64,000 nucleotides of DNA from Prasinococcaceae sp. CCMP 1430 (GCA_013416795.1 RQSC01000006.1:22541-86540), one strand, 5' to 3'. Shown: positions 23,403 through 34,872, numbered from the stretch's first letter. Made by a program: numbers and translations. Notes: a model not told the origin generated them from the letters alone.

Positions 23403-23889
23403 GCGGCTCGGCCGGTGGCGCGCAGTAAGCATGCATGGATGGGGCTGTGCTTGGCTGTCCGGTGGGGTGTGCGCGCGTGCATGCGTCCGTCCGCGTGCAT
23501 GCGTGCGCGCTTGTGCGTGTGCGTGCGTATGTGTGTGATTGCGCGTGCGGGCGTGTGCGTGAGAGCGCGCATCCGTGTGCCCGTGGGCGCATGCACGCGA
23601 GCACCCGAATGTACATGGAAGGACGACGGGAGGAATTACACAGCCTGAGCTGCGCTGAAGATGTGCGAGCGTCGTAGGAAAGTCAATTCTTTGAGGCGAG
23701 ATCGTTCCGTGTGAGTGTCATCAAGCGTTGTATCCGTTCATGCATCGTTGGTCGCTTGGCTCTCTCGCTTGGTGCCACGGAGTGTCGGTGGCGCTTGCAG
23801 TCTTGCATGTTGACATTTTGTAAACAAGTACGTGCATTGTGTCTGCAGCGACAACGTTGCACTCAATGATTCTGGAAGTAGAGATCGAT

Positions 23890-24543
23890 CTACGGTCCGC
23901 GAGATGTGGAAGCGTGCGACCGCAGCACCTCAACGCAGCGCTCGTGGCCCTCGCTGTGGCCATCGCTTGCGTTCACGAGCGCGCGAGCCCAATCGACATC
24001 AGTCAAGCGCGGCCATTCCTGGCCGTCGTTCTTGCGCGCCTTGTCGACGTATCCGTCGTATCCCCCAAGCAGTGTTGCATCGGCGCCGGCATCGAGCTTC
24101 TCGAGCAGCAGTTGCAAACAAGCATCCGAGTCATTCTCTGCAGCACATGCCATTGCACACGGGTATTGAGCGTGAGTGAGAACATGGGTAACCCGGAGAT
24201 GGTCCTCGCGAAGCAGATGCTGCAGCGCGTGAAGGCGTCCACTTTGTACGACATCCAGCAGGCACTCGTCATCAAGCAAAGCCGCGAGCTCGCGTGCCTC
24301 GGCACGGGCCTTGGCGACCTCGTCGGCATTCACGCCAACGGCTCGAGTAACGAGCAAGAGGGCTTGGCGCATCGTCTCGGCACGTGCCACCGTCGATGCC
24401 TCGGCGCCATTGGAGGCGCCTGCAGCCGCAGGCGCAGGCATGACATTCTCTTCTCGCGGCGCGACCGCAGAGTTCTCCCCCGTCCCGGGCGTGTCTCGAC
24501 GCCGCGTCTTCCGCTCGCGCCCGCCCGCGTCACCGCTTGCCAT
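23890..24543 (-). CDS. Hypothetical protein with degenerate ankyrin-like repeats
   Basis: VVQSGRLHALQHLL, AMACAAENDSDACLQLLLEK and ASDGHSEGHERCVEVL are ankyrin-like helix pairs. The start at MASGD is inferred. Confidence 0.55.
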   Translation of the reverse strand: MASGDAGGRERKTRRRDTPGTGENSAVAPREENVMPAPAAAGASNGAEASTVARAETMRQALLLVTRAVGVNADEVAKARAEARELAALLDDECLLDVVQSGRLHALQHLLREDHLRVTHVLTHAQYPCAMACAAENDSDACLQLLLEKLDAGADATLLGGYDGYVDKARKNDGQEWPRLTDVDWARALVNASDGHSEGHERCVEVLRSHASTSRGP

Positions 24544-24822
24544 CGCGGCCACCTGAGACGGGGCGATCGCACGCGTCGCGACGGGCCTGCGTCCGCCCCC
24601 GCCACCGCGCGCGTTCCCCGGCGCCTCGCGCCAGCGAGCGCCGGTTTTGGCCCGCCGCGATTCCAGAACCCGCACGGCCGGCCACAGAATCCACCGCACG
24701 CGGGTGCCTGCCCAGGCGTATAGGTTTTGATGGGGTTTCGGTTCTGCTGTGGCGGCGCCGCGCCGCTCCAAGCCAGCCAGCGCGCGGTCCGATTTGACCA
24801 CAGGTTGAAAAGTGTACACATG

Positions 24823-27774
24823 TTACATGCGCCCGCGCTTCTTGAAGAGCGCGTGGCGCTTCCTCTCCTTCTCCTTGCCCTTGTCGCCGCCAGTGCCGTA
24901 CTCCATGTAGCGCATGCCCGCCCCGCCCGACAGGGCGGCCATATTGCCGACAGCGCGCCTGGCCTTGGGCGCCGGCTTCGCGGTTGCTGCGGCGAGCGCT
25001 CTGCCGCCCTGCTCGACGAGGTCGTCCGCCCCATGCGGGATGGTCTCGATGCCCGTCTCATCGGCGCGCGCCGCGAGAAGCTTCTTCAGAACATCCGTCT
25101 CCATTTGCGACCCGGCGACTGCTCCAGACGAGGCCTCGCCCAGGTCGGTGATGACTTTGAAGGCGTAGCCCTGGTCGATGAGGAATTGCTGCCTGCGCGC
25201 CGAGTACACCATCTCTGCGGTGTCCTTCGACACAAGCGAGTAGAAGAAGGCGTTGTACTCGTCCTTGCGGGTGTTGGCCTTGGCGCGCAAGATGCGCCCC
25301 AGGCGCTGCGCCTCCTGCCGGCGGCTGCCCGCGTGCGACGAAATCTGGATGATGACGTTCGCCTCCGGGATGTCAATGGAGTTGTCACCCACCTTGGACA
25401 GGAAAATGGTGTTCACCTCGTTGGAGTGCTTGAAAGCGTACAGGATGCGGTTGCGCTCATGCAGAGGCGTTGGGCCGTAGATGTACGGCTTGCGCATGGC
25501 TATGGCGTACTCCTTGAGGGCATAGACGTTGTCCGAAAAGACAATGACCTTGTCGCCGCACTGCTGCTCGTGGTAGCGTACCAGGAACTCGGCTGCCGCG
25601 TACTTGTTGGGATTCATCACGTACAGGGCCTGCTGCAGTTGCGAGTACTCCTTGCTCATGTAGGCCCGGTAGAAACGCGGGGTCATCTCACACCAGACCT
25701 CGACACACTGCACGCGTGCGATGTACCCGTTCTCCTGGAGGTCGAGCCAGTTCGCCTCGTAGAGCTTTGGCCCGATGAGGAAGTTCAGGTCAGCGATGAG
25801 CTCATCCTCGCGCACGAGGGTGGCCGTGAGGCCCAGTTTGCAGTGCGCCTTCGTGATGCCAATCACCTTGCGGAACATGTGCGCGGGCACGACGTGCACC
25901 TCGTCCAGCACCATGAGGCCCCACTCGCGGCTGGTGATGGCCTCCATGACTTTCTGCGCTTCCTCGGACCGTCTGCCAGAGAAAGCGACCATGTTGTAGG
26001 TCGTGACGGTGACACCAGCGTCGCCCGTCCACATTTCCTTGCTCTCGCTGATAAAGCGGCTGATGTTCTTGTCTTGAATCGTGCTCCAGAGCTTGAACTG
26101 CATCCGCCACTGGTCCACGCTCACGCTGCTCGTGCATAGCACCAGGATGCTCTTGCGCACGCGACACGCTGCCGCAACGCCCGTCAGCGACTTGCCGGCG
26201 CCGCACGGCAGCACGATGATGCCGGACCGAGCGCGCCCATTGCCAAACATCTTAGCGAGCGACTTCTCCTGGTACGGTCGGAGCTGAGCCATGGGCTTCA
26301 GGTCCATGTTGAGGTCCTTGTTTACGGTGTCGTTCTGGAAGTCGTACTCCTCCATCATGGGGTAGTTCAGCGCGCTCGGGAGGCAGCGCGCCTTCACGTG
26401 CTCGACCTCAGACGCCTCAATCTCGAAGCTGTGCATCTCGGCGGGCTGCGAAGGCTGTACGACCGGCACGGCGGGCGGCACAGCCGCGTCCTGCGCTCCG
26501 GTGCCACCGACGCCCGGCCCCGCTTTACCGCCGGCTGCCCCCGCGGCGGCCTTGGCGGCGGCCTCGGCCTCGATTTCGGCTTGCTGCTCGTCGGTGATGA
26601 GCCCAGCAGCCGCCTCTCTAAGCGGCAATTGCGCAGGGGCAGCTGTCGTGAGGAACCCTCCCTCGGCATCGCCGAATGCCACCGCTGCATCGCCTGTCAA
26701 CGATGCCGCGAGCGCCCCATCTACCTGCGCGCTCGCCCGGGCGGTCGGCGTGACCTCCTGCGCACGGTCGAGCTCCTCAAGCGGCATCACGCGTGCACCT
26801 CGGATGACGTCATCCTCCAGCAGCTTTCGGAGCACCTCTGGGTCCTCCGACTCGACGAAGAATTTGTTCTGTTTAAGTACGAGCTTGACTTTGCCATAGT
26901 TCTCCGTAGACTCTCGGATGAAGTCCACCACCTCGGCAGGGAGCTCATTCTTGCTCAGGCGGTTCAGCACGGTGATGATGGTGTGCGTCTCGAGGCCCAC
27001 AGACACCGCCGCATACAGCGAGTGCGGTGTGAGCTTGTACTCGTGCATCGCCTCCGGCCGGCACACCGGCTCGGCGACAGCGATCATGAAGTCGTACGCC
27101 TGGCGGTACACGGCCGAGAACGTCTCCAAGAAGACGCGCCCGTCGCTGCACACCCACAGAGGCCTGTTCGCGTGGTCGGGCTTCAGCAACAGGCCAGAGA
27201 AGTTCTGAAAGCCCAGGAGCGCATCTTCGTCCTCGCCGTCGCTGATCATCTCCTCGCACTCGTCTAGGTGGCCGTCCTCGGCCTCCACGTCGGCATCGCC
27301 GAGTGGCGCCTCCTCTACGCCCAGCCCGCCAATGCGCGCCTTGGCGGCGGCATGCCGAACTCGGCGCGCGCGCTCCTCGGCCTCCTTCTCCTCCTTTTCC
27401 TTCTTAGCCCGCATGGCCTCGCGGAACGCGGCCTTTGCGTCGCCTGCACCCGCTGTCTTCAGCTTGAGCGTGAGCTTCGGCCGCGCTGGGGCACCACCCT
27501 CGCCGGCCCGCGCGACGGGCGCCCCGCCCGGCAGCGCCCGCGCCGCAGCAGGTGCTCCCGCTTCGGGGGCAGCCTGCGCTGGCGGTTCCTCCGGCTCGCA
27601 GTCGGAGTCCTCCAGTCCCGCATCGTGGGCGCCATCGTCCCGGCCCTCCCCCCTCCCCTCTGCGATGGCTCCGCCCGCTTTGAGCTTGAGCCGCACACGC
27701 TTCACCGGCGCTCCTCCGCCGCCCGTGCCGCCGCCGTCGAGCGCGCGCTTGGTGCCCGCGCCGCCGCCGCCCAT
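24823..27774 (-). CDS. XPB: TFIIH helicase/translocase XPB (ERCC3/Ssl2), intronless
   Basis: LKPDHANRPLWVC, LRPYQEKSL, GIIVLPCGAGKS, LDEVHVVPA, GLTATLVRED and GSRRQEAQRLGRILR. The start at MGGGG is inferred. Confidence 0.97.
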   Translation of the reverse strand: MGGGGAGTKRALDGGGTGGGGAPVKRVRLKLKAGGAIAEGRGEGRDDGAHDAGLEDSDCEPEEPPAQAAPEAGAPAAARALPGGAPVARAGEGGAPARPKLTLKLKTAGAGDAKAAFREAMRAKKEKEEKEAEERARRVRHAAAKARIGGLGVEEAPLGDADVEAEDGHLDECEEMISDGEDEDALLGFQNFSGLLLKPDHANRPLWVCSDGRVFLETFSAVYRQAYDFMIAVAEPVCRPEAMHEYKLTPHSLYAAVSVGLETHTIITVLNRLSKNELPAEVVDFIRESTENYGKVKLVLKQNKFFVESEDPEVLRKLLEDDVIRGARVMPLEELDRAQEVTPTARASAQVDGALAASLTGDAAVAFGDAEGGFLTTAAPAQLPLREAAAGLITDEQQAEIEAEAAAKAAAGAAGGKAGPGVGGTGAQDAAVPPAVPVVQPSQPAEMHSFEIEASEVEHVKARCLPSALNYPMMEEYDFQNDTVNKDLNMDLKPMAQLRPYQEKSLAKMFGNGRARSGIIVLPCGAGKSLTGVAAACRVRKSILVLCTSSVSVDQWRMQFKLWSTIQDKNISRFISESKEMWTGDAGVTVTTYNMVAFSGRRSEEAQKVMEAITSREWGLMVLDEVHVVPAHMFRKVIGITKAHCKLGLTATLVREDELIADLNFLIGPKLYEANWLDLQENGYIARVQCVEVWCEMTPRFYRAYMSKEYSQLQQALYVMNPNKYAAAEFLVRYHEQQCGDKVIVFSDNVYALKEYAIAMRKPYIYGPTPLHERNRILYAFKHSNEVNTIFLSKVGDNSIDIPEANVIIQISSHAGSRRQEAQRLGRILRAKANTRKDEYNAFFYSLVSKDTAEMVYSARRQQFLIDQGYAFKVITDLGEASSGAVAGSQMETDVLKKLLAARADETGIETIPHGADDLVEQGGRALAAATAKPAPKARRAVGNMAALSGGAGMRYMEYGTGGDKGKEKERKRHALFKKRGRM

Positions 27775-28463
27775 GCCGCGCGCTGGACAAACAGGACAAA
27801 CACGCAGGCTCGTCGACGCCCCCACCCCCCACCCCCCCTGCCTCGTGGAGAGGGGGGGGCGAGGGCCGCGCCACGCGCGCCGTGTGGCGGCGCGCACCGC
27901 GCGAGCGCGCCCGCCGCCCGGCCCCGACCGCCGCCGCCGCCGCCGCCTCCCCGGGTCGTTTCCCAATTCGAGCGCCCGCTTCGACGCGACCGCTCGCGCG
28001 CGCGCGCCACCAAAAACCGAATCAAACGCCGGTACGACGCGGCGATGTGGCAGGGGAATTGAAGATCCAGAAGCTTCCTGTTGCTCGATTGAACCACACG
28101 GATTGACCTCACCTCAGCCACAGCTGGTGTTTCTCATGTCCTGGCTGACTGATCAGTGATCATCGGTTCCATCAAGTTGCATGGCTCATGCCATGTCCTG
28201 ACTCTCCCGTGTGTGGGTGTGAGCGGGAGCGGGCGCCGCGGCGCGCGCGCGCGATCGGCGCGGACGATCGGCCGCGGTTTCGCCCCGGCGGGGATGGGAT
28301 CCCGCCTGGTCGTGAGTGGGCCGACGCGCGTCAGCGGCGTTCGATGCCTGCGCTGCACCCCGCCTTGGGGCGAACCGCGCGCGCGAGCACGCCAGCGCTT
28401 GCTCGCCGCGATCTGCTGCGCGTGAGGCTGACGCGCGGCGCGCGCGGCCTCGTGTGCTCCCAG

Positions 28464-30300
28464 GTGGTCCTCGCGGCGTCCATCGTCAACAAGTCGGGCA
28501 AGGGTACGCGCGCGCGTGCGCGCCTCTGCGCGCATCTGCGCGCCGCCGCCGCCCTGGCCACGGCGCCACACCGCATGCGAAGGCGCTATGCCCTCCAATG
28601 CTTTTCGCTTAGGGTTCGTTTTCGTATGCGGCCCAGGGGCGGGCGCCGCGAGCCGCGGTGTTGGCAGCGGTCGTGTCTGCGCGCGCAGTCTGCGCCCGGG
28701 CGTGACTGCGGCGCCCTGGCCGCATCCTTCTGACCCACGGCGCGCTGCTCACCCCTTCTTGCGCTGCGGAACAGCCCTGGTGAGCCGTCAGTTCGTGGAC
28801 ATGACGCGCATTCGCATCGAGGGGCTGCTCGCTGCCTTCCCCAAGCTCGTGGGGACGGGCAAGCAGCACACGTACGTCGAGACCGACAATGTGCGGTACG
28901 TGTACCAGCCGCTGGAGGGAATCTACCTGGTGCTGGTGACGAACAAGCAGTCCAACATCCTCGAGGACCTCGAGACGCTGCGCCTGCTGTCGAAGCTCGT
29001 GCCCGAGTACTGCGGCGCGTCCGACGAGGAGAGTGTTGTCGCTGGCGCCTTCGACCTCATCTTCGCGTTCGACGAGGCGATCTCCATGGGGCTCAAGGAG
29101 AATGTCACCGTGCCGCAGGTGCACTCGTTTACTGAGATGGACTCTCACGAGGAGAAGCTGCACAAGATGATCCTCGAGTCCAAGGTCAACGAGACGCGCC
29201 AGCAGATGAAGGCGAAGGCGCTCGAGATCGACAAGTCCAAGGTGGAGCAGAAGCTGGGCGGCGGCATAGGCGGGATCGGCTCGCAGGGCATGGGGGGCAG
29301 CAACTTCAACACCGGGATGGAGGATCCGTTTGCGAGCATGGCGCCGCCTTCGCGGCCGCCGCCCATGGATTCGAGCTTCGGGGGTATGGGGGGGTCGGGC
29401 ATGGGGGGCTCGCGTGGTGGGGGCAGCAGTGGCGGCGGGCGGGCGGCGCCCGCCAAGGGGCTCAAGCTTGGGGCGAAGAAAGGTGCCAACGCGTTCTTGG
29501 ATGCGCTCAAGGCGGACACGGTGGACCTCGCGGCGGAGGAGGCCAGCACCGCCGGTGCTGTGGCTCCGCAGGACCCCATTTGCATCACGGTGCAGGAACA
29601 CGTGTCGGTTGAGATGTCGCGCGACGGCGCACTCAACTCGATGGAGGTGCAGGGCACGATGACGCTGGAGGTGAACAATGAGGACGAGGCGTGTGTGCGT
29701 GTGCACCTCGCGCAGGGCGAGGCGTGTGCCGGCTTCCAGATGAAGACGCATCCTAACATCGACAAGGCGCTCTTCAACGGGGAGGGCATCCTGGGCCTCA
29801 AGCAGCCCGACCGCCCCTTCCCTACTGGCACCGCGCTGGGCGTGCTGAAGTGGAGGAAGCAGACGCAGGACGAGTCTGAGGTGCCGCTGACCATCAACTG
29901 CTGGCCAAGCGTGAGCGGCTCGGAGACGTACGTGAACGTCGAGTATGAGAGCGATGGCACTCGCGACCTGCACAACACAGTGATTGCCATTCCGATGCCA
30001 CCGTGCCGCGACCCGCCCAACGTGACGCAGGTGGACGGCGACTACCGCTTCGACGCGCGCCAGGGGGTCCTGTTCTGGGACGTCGGCCTCGTGGATGCGA
30101 GCAACACGACGGGTTCGATGGAGATCGTCCTGGCCACCCAGGCGGACGAGTCATCCGTCTTCCCTATTCAGGTCAACTTCGACTCGGCGTCTACCTTCGT
30201 GGACCTTGCCGTCACGCAGGTGCTGTCGACGGCTGACGATACGCCCACCAAGTACGGTGGCTCCACGAAGGTGGTCGTCGACTCCTACGAGATCGTCTGA
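28464..30300 (+). CDS. ARCN1: Coatomer subunit delta; exons 28464-28503 and 28775-30300; the ATG micro-exon was not found
   Basis: VVLAASIVNKSGK|ALVSRQFVDMTRIRIEGLLAAFPKL, QSNILEDLETLRLL, EMDSHEEKL, and a C-terminal mu-homology domain. Confidence 0.95.
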
Positions 30301-30648
30301 TGAGATGACCCGCGTTGGTGCGAAGACTAGCCATAGGCGCGCCCCCGTAAATGCCTCCGAGGGCAGCCATTGTTGATTATACCGACGTTGCGTTCGAAGC
30401 ATATCTAGAGCCTTGCGTACATGAGCCCACGGCGCCCCTGGCTGGCTGGCCAGGTCAGAGCAGCGCAGGCCTAACGAAGCTGCACGTGCGACGATCGTGC
30501 GTACCATTCGGACCACGTACAGTACTGTACCTAGGTGTATAGAACCCCGGACGACGTCGAAATGATTTGGTTGGTGGCTCCGAATTGGCGTGCATGGACA
30601 GCGACGTTTTTTCGGTGGCTTTGCTGGCCCCACGCAGCATGCAGGCTG

Positions 30649-31552
30649 ATGCAGCCCAGGCTGCTGCGGGCATGGCAGCGTGGCACCACTCAGCGCACAT
30701 TCGCAGCGGCAGGGTGCTGTGCGCCACACTGCGCGCTCTCGAGGCTACGAACCCTGAGCGCACAGGGAGTTGGCGGACGAGGCGCGGCGCACGCGGGCCA
30801 TGCGCCGCGTCGCAACCGCTGCTGCCGCGAGCGCCGCAGAGGCCAGCAATGTAGTGAGGCGGGCGCTCAGAAGTGGCACGAACGTGGCGCTCGACGCGAT
30901 CCTCGGGCGATGCACGACGGGCGCCTTCGACGCGGCGCGTGGCGTGCCCACGGAGGCGATCCTGCGCGCAGCCGAGGCTGCGCGCTGGGCGCCCAACCAC
31001 AAATTGAGCGAGCCTTTCACGCTGCGCTGGCTGAGCGACACGACACGGGCGCGAGTGTGCGACTTACACGAGGAAACCCTCCGAGCCGCAGGAAAGGGCG
31101 CGAAGACAATTGAGCGGAAGATGCGGCGATGGCGCGAGATTCCTGAGATGGTGGCAGTCACGGTCGCGACAGAGGAGCCCAGGCAGGTGGACGGTGCAGT
31201 AGCAGAGCGCAAGGATGGCGACGATGGAGGTGACGCGCTTGGCGCCACGGCGGGGGAGGAGGCCTTCCGCGGCGCTTGTGGCCCGCTGCGGGCGCACGAG
31301 GATAGGATGTGCGCCGCGGCAGCAACGCAAAACTTTTTGGTGTCTCTCGCAGGGGAGGCTGAGCCAATATCATCCAAGTGGTCGACGGGTGCCGTGACGC
31401 GGACGCAGGCCTTCGCGGAGGCGTGCGGATACGACGTGCGAAGGGAGGTGTGCATCGCGTTGCTGCATGTGGGTTACGCCGAGGAAGGCTCCGCGCCGCG
31501 CCCGCGCCTGCGAAGGCGAAAGGTAGACGGCAATTTGCTGCGTCGCGTTTGA
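30649..31552 (+). CDS. Nitroreductase-family (YdjA-like) flavoprotein; probable targeting exon 30649-30713 plus exon 30766-31552
   Basis: ILGRCTTGAF, AARWAPNHKLSEP, AAATQNFLVSL, SKWSTG and LLHVGY. A 52-nt GT-AG intron links the mitochondrial-presequence-like MQPRLLRAWQRGTTQRTFAAAG in frame (inferred). An alternative ATG lies at 30800. Confidence 0.8.
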
Positions 31553-31830
31553 GCACATGGAGATGTTTAACGTCCATCGCCAGGCACCATGCGGGCGGTG
31601 TCGGGTGAGGGGTTACTTAGTGGGGATGGCGCCTACGCGCCTCGCGGCGGAGATGGTTGCGCTCCCTTCGCTTGCGGTCGGACGTCTCTTGAGCATAGAA
31701 CGCCCTGCATCAATGCGACCCAGGTACAGCCGTGCGCGAGAGAGACGTGTGGAGTGACAACGTTTAGACAGTGTGCAGAGACATAATGCCCGCGCAAGGG
31801 GCACAGGCGCACATTGAACCAGCTGGAAAC

Positions 31831-32685
31831 TCACTCGGTCGGTGCTTCCGGACCACCCGGCACGACTATCACCGGATGGTGCAGGTTGTTCAGAAGGTAG
31901 TGCGAGACGCTGCCCAAGAAGAGCCTCTCGAGCCATGACTTGCCGGTTGAGCCGACGACGACGCACTCTGCGTTGTAATCGTCAGCCACTTGCGACAGGA
32001 CGTGGGCTGTGTCCTCGAAGGTCTGCTCTACGACGACGCTGATCTCCACGGGGAGGCCGCGCGCAACCAGAGGCTCGGCGAGACCTATGAGCAAATCCTC
32101 GTTGCGCTCGAGCGCCTCCTTGATGAGGTCTTCCCTGACCTCGAGCGGCAGGGCGGTCGGGGTGAGCCCCGGCCCCGGCCCAGCGAACTCGACCGCCACA
32201 CTCGAACCGGCGATCGTCTCATCGTACGAGATCACGTGCGCGAGAAGGAACAGGTCGCCATCGCGCGCTAGATTGTCCGCTGCCCACGTTACCGCATTCT
32301 TGCTTGCCTCCGAGCCATCGGCGGCAATGAGTACGTGCCTCAGCACCTTCTCGCGGTCGAGGATAGCTGCAGCCTCCGCCCCGCTTTCTTGCACTGTCGG
32401 GAGGTCAGCATTGTTCACGACGCTCCACCACAGGGTGTCAGTCAGGAGCTTTGAAGGGCGAAGCGCGAGATGGTGCTCTGCTGTGCCCTTGTCGGCGTCG
32501 GCTGATGCGGCACACGCGGCGAGCGAGCGCCTCGTGCAGCTCGCCGCCGCTCGCGTCCCTGAGGCGAAGTGTGCTGTCGAGAGGTGCGCGCGCACGCTGG
32601 CAGCGCCGCGGCAGCGCTGCACGGCGGCTGAGGCCACTCCGTTCAAGAGCGAAGACGCGCGCGCCGCTGAGACGGCCGACATCAT
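31831..32685 (-). CDS. Universal stress protein A domain protein with a transit-peptide-like N-terminus
   Basis: RHVLIAADGSEASKNAVTWA...LFLLAHV and ECVVVGSTGKSWLERLFLGSVSHYLLNNLHHPVIVV. Confidence 0.9.
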   Translation of the reverse strand: MMSAVSAARASSLLNGVASAAVQRCRGAASVRAHLSTAHFASGTRAAASCTRRSLAACAASADADKGTAEHHLALRPSKLLTDTLWWSVVNNADLPTVQESGAEAAAILDREKVLRHVLIAADGSEASKNAVTWAADNLARDGDLFLLAHVISYDETIAGSSVAVEFAGPGPGLTPTALPLEVREDLIKEALERNEDLLIGLAEPLVARGLPVEISVVVEQTFEDTAHVLSQVADDYNAECVVVGSTGKSWLERLFLGSVSHYLLNNLHHPVIVVPGGPEAPTE

Positions 32686-33112
32686 GCGTATTGCAACCGA
32701 TCGTTCGAGCGTACGCAGAAACTCGAGTCCAGCAAAGCAAAGCGCACAAGCGCAGGCTCCCTGGGGCAGGGAAGGCCGGCGCGCTCGACGACTCCGCAGT
32801 CGTGTGGGGTTCCGGCGAGGATGTGCACGCGAACCGCGGGTGCGGGCGGTCCGGCGTATGGCGTGCGCGCGCGCGCCACGCACAAGGCACGAGGCAGCGC
32901 AGTCCCTGGACTGCGCAGCGCGCGCGCAGTACGCAGCGCAATTGCCGGAAAAATCTGCTGCGCCAAGTGTCAAAAACACAATGAGTCTTGATCTGTCTGC
33001 AGTGAAGCTGCTCGTGGCACGGCATTGCTCATCGCGACGCACGTTCTTCTCGAGCGTGCGGGCCACGTCAGCGCTCTGGCGGCGACCCGACATCGGAAGA
33101 GGGAATTTTTCC

Positions 33113-34872
33113 TTACAATTTCGCGTCGTGCGCTGGTCTGAGCAACACAGCAGTCGCCACACCTGCGGCGACGGCCCCACCGCGCGCGAGGGCGCGCAGC
33201 CATCGTCGGGACGACGGTCTCGAAGCAGCGCCAGAGCGCCTACCCGCCGCGCCTCCCGTGCTGTGCGGATCCTTCGCTTTGCTATGTCGCCGCCTCCGCC
33301 TGAACGGCGCGAGGGGCAGCAGAGCAGCCGCCTTGACAGCGCGCTGCGCCGCACCAGGGCTCGAGGCAGTCGCGCCAGCACCACGATGGCCATCACCACT
33401 GCCGCTACAAGCACTGTTGTGAGCACCTCGCGTCCCGCGGTCTTTAGCCCTCATGTCCATCACAGTCTCGACCACAGCATCGCACAGCTTGGGTCGAACG
33501 CGCAGGATCTCGTCCCCCGAGTGTCGCCACGCGCGAGGGTGCACAGCGTTGGAGAGGAGCATAACATACATGTTGCGATCCGGGTCAATCCACAGGCTTG
33601 TGCCGGTGTAGCCCGTATGTCCGAAGCTGCGAGCGGACAGGAGGCGTCCTGCAGCGCCCTTCGCGCGGTCCTTCGCTCGCGTCGCGACGTCGAATCCCAG
33701 CGCGAATGGCCTCGGGTTGTGGCGCGTGCGCGGCGCGGCGCGTGTGAAGAGCCGGGCAGTATCCTGCCGCACCAGCGCCCCCGGTTGCCCGGCCAGGCTC
33801 GCGAGCATGGCTTTGGCAAATTTTCCAACGTCAGCGGCCGTTGAGAACAAGCCGGCGTGCCCAGCGACACCTCCCATCAAGTAGCATGTCGGGTCGTGGA
33901 CCTCGCCCCACAGGAGGCGCCCACGGCGGGTATCGACCTCCGTTGGGACCACGCGTATCGAGGGGGCAGGTGGTGGCCCGTGCCCCGCTTTGACTTTTCG
34001 GAAGTGCGTGTCAAGCATGCCGAGAGGGTCGAAGATACGTTCGCGGCAGAAGCGCTCCAGCGACATGCCTGAGCACCGCTCAATCACAATTCCAATGACA
34101 ATCATGGAGAGGTCCGAGTACACTGAGCGGTGACCCGGGGGGTAGCGCGGTGGCGCCTTCATCACGGAGTCGAGCACGCGCTTGCGGGTAGCCTCGGGGT
34201 CGGGCAACGGAGGGCCCGTGTCACTTGCATCTGTGGCGGCATCACCATCTGTGCCCACGTCAGCTGCGCGCTCGGGCTGAGATTGCCCTGCCTGCTGCTC
34301 CGACGGCGTCGAGTGACCGCCATCGCCACCCGCGTCGCTGCAGAGCAAAGCAGGCGCAGGTTCTGCACTCAGCTTTGTGACCTTTGCCTCCGGAAACGCT
34401 GCAGGGTCAGCAGTGAAGCACTCCTTGAGCCCAGCGGTGTGCGTCAGGAGCTGGCGCACTGTGAGCGCGCCTTTCCCATTCGCGGCGAACTCGGGCACGT
34501 ATTTGGCCACCGGTGCGTCGAGGCTGATTGCGCCTTCCTCGTGCAGCAGCATTACTGCGGGCACTGTTGCCATTGCCTTGGTGAGTGAGGCGACGTCCCA
34601 AAGCGAGTCGGCCGTCACTGGCAGACTGGACTCGAAGGTCATCGTGCCGAGCGCGAGGCGGGCGTCAGAGGGCTCCCCTGCGCCAGCGCCCATGCCCCAC
34701 GCAGCCACCGCCCCTGGAAAAGCCTGCTTGGCGATGCCCTGCCAGAGGACCTCTGCTACGTACGGGTGCTCGCTCGCGTATGAGACCTCTCGTGTTGTCT
34801 CTCGCTCCGTCACGGAAACATTTGGCACAGGCACAGGCGGAGGGCTTTCAAGTTGCTCTGTGTGCTGTGTCT
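33113..34872 (-). CDS. Serine hydrolase of the beta-lactamase / class C PBP-like family; 5' exon unresolved
   Basis: SxxK (ASLTK), LLTHTAGL, YSD, GVAGHAGLFST and FGHTGYTGTSLWIDP. A CACTGAC branch site and CAACAG acceptor near 34873 indicate an upstream exon. Confidence 0.88.

Larger units (their letters stand above)
20848..23620. repeat. Dense zone of (TG)n/(CA)n/(GC)n-type microsatellites filling introns and spacers
   Basis: Examples: a (TG)n run at about 20848-20877, (GCGT)n-like repeats at 21300-21390, (CA)n at about 22340-22447 and mixed CAYR repeats at 22720-22910. Confidence 0.9.

Noticed and set aside
26400-26760. Ala-rich insertion in XPB as an intein or new domain
   Set aside because: It is a low-complexity linker with no intein splice motifs.
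28100-28200. Minus-strand C/D snoRNA in the XPB/delta-COP spacer
   Set aside because: Box C is imperfect, there is no terminal stem, and the best rRNA complementarity I can see is only 7 nt.
28609-29973. Long antisense ORFs opposite delta-COP (also opposite XPB, fumarate reductase and others)
   Set aside because: These are expected from high GC3, which removes stop codons on the opposite strand.
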